From assembly GCF_036321535.1 (NCBI RefSeq), contig NC_087437.1, positions 86,306,001-86,370,000 on the forward strand: 64,000 bases of DNA, read 5' to 3'. The stretch comes from Camelus dromedarius (Eukaryota). The position numbers and the translations under genes were made by a program. Under the pieces are notes generated by a model. The model did not search any database. It saw nothing but the letters and a program-made list of their open reading frames with translations, and was not told the origin of the DNA. How positions within the stretch are numbered: the stretch's first letter is position 1; every line of letters begins with the position of its first letter. Shown piece by piece: positions 28,681 to 38,897 of the stretch.

Positions 28681-29259
28681 GAAAACAATCTTGATGTCAT
28701 TCTAATTAAGACTCTTGTTTCATCTCCCAGGAATGGTTGAATTTGCATCCTAAATGTTACCTGGTTTCTTCCTTTTCCCTTCCAGTTTTACTGAGGTAAA
28801 ATTGACAAATAAAATTGTAATGTATTTGAAGTGTCCAATCTGATGATTTGATAGATGTATACCTTGAGAAATGATTCCCACAGTCAGGTTAACTGACACA
28901 TCTGTTACCTCACATAGTTACCTTTCTTTTCTTTTTCTTTTCTTTTTTTTTTTCTGAGAACACTTAAGATCTACTCTCTTAGCAAATTTCAAGTATACAA
29001 AACAGTATAATTAATTATAGTCACCAAGCTATACATTAGATCCTCAGAACTTATTCATCTTATAAGTGAAAGTTTTGTACCTTTTATCAGTCTCTCCCTA
29101 TTTCCCCACTCTTCCACCACTCATCCACCATCCTACTCTCTATTTCTATGAATTTGCCTTTTTTTAGATTCTACATGTAAGTGATAACATGTAGAATTTG
29201 TCTTTGTCTGGTTTATTTCACTTAGTATAATACCCCAATGCCGTGTATAAATGTGAAAT

Positions 29260-29260
<1 letters not shown>

Positions 29261-29312
<52 letters not shown>
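29261..29312. repeat. (TAGA)13 tetranucleotide microsatellite
   Basis: Perfect repeat read directly. Confidence 0.95.
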
Positions 29313-29313
<1 letters not shown>

Positions 29314-29484
29314 TGATTTCACATTTTCTTTATCCATTCATCTGTTGATGGACACTTAGCTGGTTGTTCCCATATGTTGACTATTGTGAATAATGCTGTA
29401 ATAAACTTGAGAGTACAGATGTCTCTTCAAGATAGCTATTCCATTTATTTTTGGATATATAACCAGAAGTGGGATTGTTGGATC

Positions 29485-29615
29485 TGTTGACTGGAAAAAT
29501 AAACTCGCAATGTAAGAGCTGTGAGTTGAGTTTTATTCAGTGTGTTACTGAGGGCTGCAGCTCAGGAGACAGCCTCTCAGATAGCTCTAAGGAACTTCTC
29601 TGAAGAGGTAGGAGC

Positions 29616-29672
<57 letters not shown>

Positions 29673-29986
29673 CGCACATATATATCTCAATATTTTGGCT
29701 GGGAAATACATGCAGTCAAGCATACATCTTGGTAAAAGATAACCACACAGAAAACAGGTATCACCAGTTAAGGATTTTAGTGCTTTGGAAAGGATGATGC
29801 AAGAGTCTGGGGTTATTGAAATTCTTCCTTAGATATGAATTTTAGCTATCTAGGGGCCCATATATCCAAAACACAGGACATCTCACCCTGGGTTTCTCTC
29901 AGCAAGTACTTGTAAGTCTGTGACTGCAGTGATTAATGACTTGAACCTTGCAGAACTGGAGTGGTGGGGGACATTCTTTGTTTACA
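29485..29986 (-). mobile_element. ERV1-class solo LTR
   Basis: TG...CA termini with a 4-bp TSD GATC (29481-29484, 29987-29990) splitting the L1 sequence GGGATTGTTG-GATC-ATATAG. TTTTATT (poly(A) signal on the minus strand) near 29531. Confidence 0.85.
29618..29669. repeat. (GT)26 microsatellite inside the ERV1 LTR
   Basis: Perfect repeat read directly. Confidence 0.95.
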
Positions 29987-31046
29987 GATCATATAGTATT
30001 TCTATTTTTAATTTCTTGAGAAACTTCTGTACTGTTTTCTATAATGGTGGTATTGATGTACATTCCCACCAACAGTGAACAAGGGTTCCCTTTTCTCAAC
30101 ATCCTCACCAACACTTATCTCTTGTATAAATGTTACTTGGTTTCTAATCATTCCCAGCTCTGATCCATTTTGTAAACATTTAACAAGGCAACACTCTTAA
30201 AGTACAGCCATAAAAATCACTCTATCTAAAATAAACAAACAAATAAAATAAGACTAGTCCTCAAAGCCTGGGATTTAAATACTTTAGTATTTGTTAGTTT
30301 TTACAAAGCAAATATTAAAAGACTATTGTGGAAAAATAAAATATACAGATCAGCAAAAGGAAAATGATCCATAACCCTACCCCTGGAAATAATCATCGCT
30401 GATATTTGGGCATAAATATTCGTAGGCTTGTATTGTTAAATTGAATTTAATTGAATATTTATGTACCCATCACTGTTCTAGGCACTAGGAATATAGCTGT
30501 GAACAAAACAAAAAAATTCCTGCCCTCATGGATTTTACACTCTAATGGAGGAGAAGGATGAGGATGCAGATAAAAAACATAATAATTAAATGAGACAACA
30601 TATTAGTAGATTATACGGAGAAACATAAAACTGAATGAGGGGAAAGGACTAGAATTAGGACTGGGAGAGGGGATTAGATTAGCAGCTAAATTTTGGATAA
30701 AGTTTAATTGCACATCATAGAGTGAACTTGTGAGATAAATTAAAAACCTGAAAATTTTATCCAAAGATGAATTACTAAATTTTGTATTAAAACATTCAAG
30801 TGTATGATTTTTCGAAGTCTGACGTTACACTGTATTGGTAGGACACATAATTTTTTAGCACTGACAACTGTTGCTGATACTGTGACGTATATTTGTAGTA
30901 TTAAAATGATACTCACTTTCAGTTGAAGTCTTTGAAAGAGCAAGATTTTTCTTTTAGGTACCTCACATTTCTCTAACATTTCTGCCTTCATATTCCTTAT
31001 ATTTTTTTTAATGTCTGTATCAAGATGATTTGTTATGATTGTTGTT

Positions 31047-31223
31047 GGGAGGGAGGGTATAGCTCAGTGACAGAGCGCGTGCTTAGCATACACGAAATCC
31101 TGGGTTCAATCCCCAGTACCACCGTTAAAAAAATAAATAAACCTAATCCCCGCCCCCGCAATAAAAAACCATTAAGAAAAAGAATAGCAACTTAAAAAAA
31201 GCAATTAAAAACAAAAATAATAA
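31047..31223 (+). mobile_element. tRNA-derived SINE (Vic-1 type)
   Basis: GGGAGGGTATAGCTCAGTG...GGTTCAATCCCCAGTACC; imperfect TSD ATGA(T/A)TGTTGT. Confidence 0.9.
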
Positions 31224-32239
31224 ATGAATGTTGTAGATTCATGATTTTGGAGGTTTTCCCTCCTTGTGAAATTTTGAGATCTCAAAATTGATATTCTACT
31301 CAGTTCCTCCTCACAAGATGAGGAAAGACTCATAGCCTAAATATATATAAATATTCAATAATTAAATATAGTACTTAAAGGTCATTTTGTTTTATGATTG
31401 ATTGCTAACACACCGAACAATTATACAGAGACTAGAACTATATTTATAACTAACTCACTTGGGGCTGGGAATAAAGTGGTGAATAGATTGATATGGTAGA
31501 GTCAGACACAGCAAGAAGCAAGAGAATTTAAAAGAGGGAAGAATATGGGTGGATATATTCAACAATTTCATGTCAAATGTTCTTATCAGAAAAAGTGACG
31601 CCAGTATCGATGTCCATGCTGCTGGATCACAGAACCACAGACGAGCTGGAAGAGACCCTTGAGAGATCATCAGCCTATTGACTTTTATTCACACACACAG
31701 GAAATCAACCGATACATTCGTTTGGGCAGAAATACTAGAAGTGATAATAGAAAGAATGCCTTAAGTATGTACTACTATTTAACACACTGATGGCCTCACA
31801 TGTGTCATCTCTTTAAGTTCTTACATTAACACTGTGAAAACCTACTATTATCTCCATTTACAAATAGTACAACTATTAAGTGGCAGCACTGCCATTTGAA
31901 TCCAGGCAGTTTAGCTCCAGAGGCAGCCCTAAACATCTAGTAACATATTTCAAATGTGTACGTCTAAGCACAAAAGCAGGGGTAACATGCAAAAAACAAA
32001 ACGAGCTGTTTGAAGGCGAGGGAATTTGAGACATTCTTTTTTTCCCCCAAACATCTTTTTTTGCTATAGTTTTTTGCACTATAATTGTAAGAACAAAACA
32101 AAAATGTAGATCAAAACTATCCCATTTGCTTCCATTATCTCTGCTCTCTGTAGCCTTCCCAGAGGTCTCATTCGCTTCTAAGGGTGTTGATTAACATCCT
32201 CATCCCCAGCGTTAGTCCCTCACAGTTTTTCCCTCTAAA

Positions 32240-32930
32240 CCTGGACACCGCGTCCTCTCTCTGGGTTCTCAAAGTTCTCTTGGCCACTCAGCCTTCCACC
32301 CCAGGTCGCTAGAGGATTTTTTTTTTTTTTTTTTACTCCATTTGCTTCCCTTTCTCCGTGGCAAACTTCACAATCCAGAGACCGCTGGAAAGGGCGAGGA
32401 AGGATGTCTGGACAGTGTTTACTAGGCCTCCAGCACTCTTCCCCAGCCCTGCCCCCAACTCCGAAAAGAAAAGCTTCCTGGAAATGTCCTTGTTATCGCT
32501 TCCCGCGTCGGGCTGGGGGCTGGGAGCGGGCGGTCCCCCCGCCCCCGGCTCGGCCGCCCCGCGGGCGCGCTCGCTCGCAGCGCCGCCGCGCCGCAGTCCT
32601 CAGAGAGCGGCGCCCGGGTCGTAGCTCCGCGGCGCGCGGAGCGCAAGGGTCCTCGCCGGGAAGCGCCACCGTCCCCGCCCGCAACTCCGCCCGCTGCGCC
32701 ATGAGGGTCCCAGGTGGGCGCTGCGGGGCGCTGCTGGCGTGCCTCGCCCTACTGCTTCCCATCTTGGAGGCTAACTGTGAGTAATCGAAAGCGTGCTGTC
32801 TTCTTCCCTCAGCAGTGCCAACTGAACTGCGAGCGCGGGTGGTAGGATTTTCTTTCCTAGGGCTCCTACAAAGTTTCCAGTGAGTCTGACAATCGCCGGG
32901 CTGAAGGAAGCAGCCGTGGATTTAGCGGGC
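32240..32930 (+). promoter_or_regulatory. PROS1: CpG island / TATA-less promoter of PROS1
   Basis: CpG-rich. Forkhead site TGTTTAC 32416-32422, STAT GAS TTCCTGGAA 32475-32483, GC boxes GGGCGG 32528-32533 and CCGCCC 32539-32544. Boundaries approximate. Confidence 0.85.
32701..32776 (+). CDS. PROS1: PROS1 coding exon 1 (76 nt; signal peptide MRVPGGRCGALLACLALLLPILEAN)
   Basis: GCC-ATG start, hydrophobic signal peptide matching protein S, donor |GTGAGT at 32777, CpG island context. Confidence 0.96.
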
Positions 32931-35104
32931 AGTGTAATGGTGGGGCAGGGTCAGTATTTGCCCTACTCTGGGAATCAAGTGTTGCCTACAGGACAGGACA
33001 GGTTCAGGAGCCCCAGTGACACTAAATGTCAATAGAGGAATTAGAAAATCTACCTATTTGCCCTCAACAGCTGAAGTTCCCAGTCAGAGGACAAGGATGA
33101 ACACGTTCCAGTGTAAAACTAGGAAGGAAAAAGAAACCCACCCTGTCTTCCCTTCATACAAGTGCCTGTCTCCAGCCAGAACCAGCACCCCCTGCTGCAG
33201 CCTACCACCCGTCTGCAATTTCTGGACTTTGAGCTTGGTTTGCTTATCTCAACATTGACAAACGAATTGTTTTGGGATGACTGCGGGTTTGCATAGCAGT
33301 AGGGAGATGTCATTTTTTAACCTTGAAATCAAAAGGACTGTTAAATATTGTAGTTCTCAGATCATCTTGTACTGAGGATTTTTGACACTGAGTGCCACAT
33401 GAATTCTTTGTACTTTATCTTTGTATTTCCTTGATTCAAGGCAAAATACTGAGTTTTCTCTAAAAAATATGTAGGGATGTCAGGGCATTTAGTACATTTT
33501 AGTGGTCACTTAATTCGTTGGTTCTTTAAAGTTTAAGCATGTTCACTGGTCAAAAATGCTTACTTGTGTTATGTTTTATTCTCAGGAAATGGCATGGGAG
33601 AGATAAATTCTGAATTACACCATAACTTTTAGGTTGCTTAAAGCTCCAGTGTAAGTTTTTCAAAGATGAGAATTTCAGGAGAGTTAAATAGGAATTTACT
33701 AACATCCCACTAATTTTTATTGGTTATAGATCAGGATGAGTGTGATATTGAAGAATTCTAATTTTAAAGCTAAAACAACACTTGTTAATCTTACATTAAA
33801 GACCTACAATAGCAGAATGTCAACATTCAAACTCCTATCATTAAGCTTATATGTGGACCACATAACACTAACTCATTATCTATATAGTTCATTAGGACAA
33901 TCAAGTATTTGTCCGATAATCAGTGTTTTGGAGAAGAGAAAAAGGCAAAAGTGGCTTGCCACTTACTGCTTGTCACCACAGGAATTTGCTAATTCTTTCT
34001 TTTTGTAGAAATTGTTACATTTTCATTGAATCTTGGTAGAGTTAAAAATGATGTGTGTGTGTGTCTGTGTGTATTATACATAATCAAAACATATACATGG
34101 GGAAATACACTTGTTATATATAGACACTGATAGAGTAGATAAATTAATTCTACAGCTACATCACGTAAAGAATAGTTGTCCCCATAATGCCTTTATTTTT
34201 AAAAGTATGGTAGTTTAATTGGATTAAAAATAATTTCTGGTTTACTAATGAGAAAACTGAGATACAGATGGAATATTTTTACTCCCTAAGATTTTAAATT
34301 TGAGATCAAATTAGAACTATAAATATTCTGTTTATAATTAATTGTTTAGTCTGTAGAAATACAACTGCTTAGTCCATAGAAATACAGTTCTATTTAAAGA
34401 AAAGTTTACAGATCAATTTTAGTTTTGAGAGAGTTATTAGAAATCATCGAGTTTAACTTTTTTAGCAATGAAGAAATTGTTCAGAAATGCTACCTGATTT
34501 TCCAGACATGTTTTTATATATCAGTATCTGTATCTATATCTAGCTAGAGAGAGAGATTTAAAATAATACTGTCTATATATTTTGTGTCACTTCCCACTAA
34601 AGGCTGTGATGAAGAAAAATAGAAGAAGGATGTCTCCTTTGGCTGTGCTAATTTGGCCCTTTGCAGACTTCCACTTCTGCTTAGGAGCAGACTACCCTTG
34701 ACATTACTGACTCATATTTTCCTTCTCTTTTTTACTTTCTTCTTTCCTTCTCTAACTATTCTTTTCACTGTTTATCTGCCTTTGTCTTTTCTTAAATTCA
34801 CTTCATTTCAGAGTCCAAAATGTTGCACTGATGGAGAGATTTTATCAAGCTTAGATTAGAGTTGAGGTTGGTGCTGGAAGAGTTAGAGGCAATATCTGGT
34901 ATGCAACACCACCACCCTATGCCATATTCTCTTGCCATTAATTCTATCTAGGATCTACAGTCGTGCTTTTCATTTCAGACCTTTTCTGACCACCAGGTTC
35001 AATATCCTCTCTAATAGCTAAATGATCTGTATGCACATTTAAGCTTTCAAAATACTATGAGAAAAAAATGTGAGAAGCCTGATAATTCATTTATTAATTA
35101 ATAT

Positions 35105-35620
35105 TCTTTAGCTTAAGCAACAGTAATGACTCTTGCTAACTAAAGAAGAAAGAAAGGAAGGAAGGGGCAGAAAGAAAGAGAGGGAGAGAGAGGAAAGAAA
35201 GAAAGAAAAGAAGGAAGACAGACAATTAAAAAAATAAAAATTAAAAAATAGGATAAAATAAAGGAACAAAAGAAAGAAAAACAAAGAAAGAAAGGAAGGG
35301 AAAAAAAAAAAAACGCTGAGTGGATTTCTTGGAAGACTACTTAATGGCATGTTGAATAACCAGGCCTAGGGAAGCCAAGGACTTGGGTGTTTTAGGTGAT
35401 CTATGTAGTGCGAGCTCATGTGCTCACTATATTAGGAGCTGCCATCAGATGACTCAGTTCTGTCTTCTGGTCTTGTATATCCCTGCTCATGATTGAATTT
35501 CTTAGAAAAGAGAACCTGATTATTTTGGCTTAGCTTGTTTGTGGAGTCCTGTGATTGACAGCTCACTAGAATCAGATAGAGTGCCAGAAGGACACAAAGT
35601 AATGGATGCTGGGAAGGAAG
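35105..35620 (-). mobile_element. Old MLT1-type (MaLR) LTR remnant with GA-rich expansion
   Basis: TTAGCTTAAGCAA...GAGAACCTGATT...CCTGTGATTGACAGC resembles old MLT1 LTRs; purine-rich low-complexity insert at about 35143-35313. Confidence 0.45.
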
Positions 35621-35626
35621 CAAAGA

Positions 35627-36113
35627 TGTTGATGGAGAATAGGTTCTTGTCTTGCACAGGAAAGAATTCAAGAGCAAGTCATAGTAAAGTGAGAGTAGAT
35701 TTATTCAGGGAGATATACACTCCATCCACAGAGTGTGAGCTATCTCAGAGGGCAAGAGAGGCGGCCCCAGGGTTGTTAGTTTTTATGGTTTGGGTAATTT
35801 CATATGCTAACAAGTGGGAGGATTTTCCCCACTATTTTGGGAAAGGGGTAAGAATTTCCAGGAATTGGGCCCCCGTCCACTTTTTGGCTTGTATGGTCAA
35901 CCTGGGAACTGTCATGGTGCTGGTAGGTTTGTCATTTCGCATACTAATGTATTACAGTGAACCTATAATAAGGCTCAAGTTCTACTGGAAGTTAAATCTT
36001 CTGCCATCTTGAGCCAAGTTGGGCCTAGTTGGTTCTAAATAGTTTATATCCTATCCTCAATTGCTGTGTCATCCTTTTAATGACTATGCCCTGCCCCCTT
36101 CCCTCCTGTCTCA
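35627..36113 (-). mobile_element. MER41-family ERV1 solo LTR
   Basis: Colinear with the recalled MER41 reverse complement (GGTTCTTG..GCACAGGAAAGAATTC..AGTAAAGTGA..TTTATT..ATATGCTAA..GGAAAGGGG..TTCCAGGAA..AACTGTCATGGTGCTGGT..GCATACTAATG); TG...CA ends; TSD not clean. Confidence 0.8.
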
Positions 36114-36602
36114 GAAAAAAGAGGAATCTACACATTCTAATTATTGGCTGTACAACATACACACATGCCCTGCTTTACATAAACACCATTTGAAAATATT
36201 TCAAATATAATGCAGAGACTTCTAATATAATGCAAATAACTAATGTTCAGTAGAAAGGACGTCCTCCTCAATAAATTCCACTCAACACACTGGGAGAGGA
36301 AGGCTCAAGGCTACTGTTTCCTAGGGTGGTACCATCGGGTGATGTCCATGCCTCCTCTAATTCTGTCACAATCCTATGTCAATGTGCTATGTTTTATGGA
36401 TGAAATGATACGTCGTAGTAACCCAAAACATCCTCTATGTCAAAAATAATTTTAAAAAGACAAGCAAAGGAATACAGTTACTGGCGTTAGAGCTTGCCTG
36501 TCTCTCTTGGTTTGAAGCCAGAGCTGGTATTTATGACTTCCTCCTTCACTACTCAGTTCATATGCCTCTTGCTTTTAGGCAGTTCCTCATGTTTGATTTT
36601 TT

Positions 36603-36811
36603 TTGACATTTTTTTTATTGAGTTACAGTCATTTTACAATCTTGTGTCAAATTCCAGTGTAGAGCACAATTTTTCAGTCATATATGAACATACCTATATT
36701 CATTGTCACATTATTTTTCGCTGTGAGCTACCACAAGATCTTGTATATATTTCCCTGTGCTATACAGTATAATCTTGTTTATCTATTCTACATATGCCTG
36801 TCAGTGTCTAA
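36603..36811 (-). mobile_element. Short young L1 3' UTR fragment (same family as the 12303-14238 element)
   Basis: Reverse-complement match to the 3' end of the 12.3-14.2 kb L1; 17-bp TSD CTCATGTTTGATTTTTT at 36586-36602 and 36812-36828. Confidence 0.9.
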
Positions 36812-37206
36812 CTCATGTTTGATTTTTTGTCTGCTCAATGAGATGAACCATATCCTTATTCAGGAAGAATCTGAGCCCTGCCTGTGGATAGTTGCATCCA
36901 TCTCTCTTCCTTTACAATTTCTACTGTGTATAGTAGTCATCCTGGAGAAGCAGCACTTCTTCTGACCCTGATGTGTATGTGGCAGCAGCACTATTTTGTG
37001 TAAATTATTGTCATTCTAGCATAACTCTTTCCTTTTTTTCCTACAAGAATAAAGAACTTCAAGTGGCCATATAGCAGTCTCAGCTTCAGATTAAGTGGGA
37101 AGTATGTTAGGTTTCACAGTGAATGCATTTCTTCCTGGGGTCCCAGTTTCTGGATGAGCAGAACCTAGTTGTAAAGAAAGAAAGCAAAAAAATTGAGAAT
37201 AGATCG

Positions 37207-37620
37207 TTGAATTCGTTTCTCAGGGCTGCCATAACAAAGTACCACAAATGGAGCGGCTTAAATAGCTGAACTCATTGTCCCACAGTTCTGGAGACCAGAG
37301 ATCTGAGATCAAGGTGTCAGCAGAGCTGATTCCTTCTGAGGACTGTTCCACGCCTCCCTCTTAGCTTCTGGTAGCCTCAAACATTCTTTGGCTTCTAGAT
37401 GGCATTCTCCCTATGTCTTCACATTATCTTTCCTCTATATATGTTTATCTCTGTTCCAAATTTTTCCTTTTCATAAGGATACCAGTCATATTGGAGTAGG
37501 GCTCACTCTTAATCTGACCATCTGCAAAGCCCCTATTTCCAAAAAAAGTCATGGTCACAGGGTCTGGGGGATTAGGACTGCACCATTTTTATAGCAGACA
37601 CAATTCCACTTGGTCACTAA
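37207..37620 (-). mobile_element. MLT1 (MaLR) LTR, MLT1B/C-like
   Basis: GGGCTGCCATAACAAAGTACCACAAA...CACAGTTCTGGAG...ATAAGGATACCAGTCATATTGGA...GACACAATTC. Confidence 0.85.
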
Positions 37621-38284
37621 CCATCAAATCATGACAAGTACTTCTTCCCTTTCTACTTTCATTCCTGACCTGTGGATTTTGGCTCTAGGAGAAAAAAGCA
37701 CTGTATATTAATGATTGCTTATTCAGAAAATGTACCTCTTTTTTTAGCCATATTTTGGAAGATAGAATTGTGTGCCAAAAGGCAGTAACTGAGCCTTCAA
37801 TAGTTGGTCAGTTCATAATTCCATAAGGCTAGCTCTTTCCAGGTATTAGAGTACACAATAAAACCAGTGAAAACCGTAAGAATCATCCCATTGACTTATT
37901 TCCTTAATTGTGGAGTTAATTTCTTATTTAGAGGTAAAGCTGTATTGCTTAGCATGAAGCACTGAATGAGTCTGTCAGTAGTGGTGCTGATGGAAAAGCT
38001 AAATCCAAATAAAGAATAAATGTCTCTACCTCTGAGTACAAATTGCTGCTTTTTTTTCTGTGAAAAAAGTGCCCTAACTTATCAGCCATTCACCAGGTAG
38101 CTGATTGGATTTAGTAATCTGCCCAGTTTCCAACAGCTAAATAAGCAGCAATTCTGCTAACAGATTTGGTGTTTTTCTTAGTAGGGGGACATTTGTGAGG
38201 GAAAATCTGTGAGGGTGAATCTACATGTAGCCTCTATCCCTGCGACCATAGCTACTTTTTAATGACTATTGAACAGATATTAGA

Positions 38285-38897
38285 CCGGGTGACGCATAGC
38301 GGCAGCCTGAGGGCCATATGTGCCGACAGACTTGTGTGTTCACCCTCATGGCAACTTAAAAATCAGAAAATTTCATCTAAAAATTTGGTTTCATGACTTC
38401 TCTTGGAAAACAAAGGAAGATCTGGCAACACTGGGTGCACATTTCAACATAGCGCAGTTTAGCTAGAGCTGATTCCGAGCTACCTTCTTTTTTTTTTTTT
38501 TTTAACATTTTTATTTATTAAGTTATAGTCAGTTTACAATGTTGTGTCAATTTCCAGTGTAGAGCACAGTTTTTCAGTTATACATGAGCATACATATATT
38601 CATTTCCACATTCTTTTTCACTTTGAGCTACCACAAGATCTTGTCTATATTTCCCTGTGCTATACAGTATAATCTTGTTTATCTATTCTACATATGCCTG
38701 TCAGTATCACAAATTTCAAACTCCCAGTCTGTCCCTTTCCACCCCCCTCCCCCCAGAGCTACCTTCTTTAGATAGACTGTTCCCTCTTCAGTTTGCCATA
38801 ATTCTGAGCATCCATCATTGTGTCACCAAGCCTCTTCCCTTGTTTATGGCACCTATCTAGCGCTTGAAGATTTTTGAGTTCATGAGCCTTGCACTAG
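38285..38897. mobile_element. MER102-like hAT-Charlie element (split by the L1 fragment)
   Basis: AGATCTGGCAACACTGGG...GCTAGAGCTGA...CAGTTTGCCA resembles the recalled MER102 consensus. Confidence 0.65.
38491..38755 (-). mobile_element. Short young L1 3' UTR fragment inserted in a hAT MITE
   Basis: Poly-T followed by L1 3' UTR; 14-bp TSD GAGCTACCTTCTTT at 38477-38490 and 38756-38769. Confidence 0.9.

Larger units (their letters stand above)
28770..30126 (-). mobile_element. LINE-1 3' end (older L1M-type) interrupted by a solo LTR
   Basis: Typical L1 3' UTR/ORF2-end reverse complement (TTTATCCATTCATCTGTTGATGGACACTTAG; CATTCCCACCAACAGTG). 19-bp TSD TAAATGTTAC(C/T)TGGTTTCT at 28751-28769 and 30127-30145. 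Confidence 0.88.

Noticed and set aside
32404..32784. 126-aa ORF extending PROS1 99 codons upstream in frame (MSGQCLLG...)
   Set aside because: The ATG lies upstream of the promoter elements and probably of the TSS. The extension is GC-rich low-complexity sequence that would bury the signal peptide; stop-free frames are expected in CpG islands.
35539..36012. 157-aa ORF in PROS1 intron 1
   Set aside because: Runs antisense through the MER41-type LTR; no protein family resemblance and it starts at a non-ATG codon.
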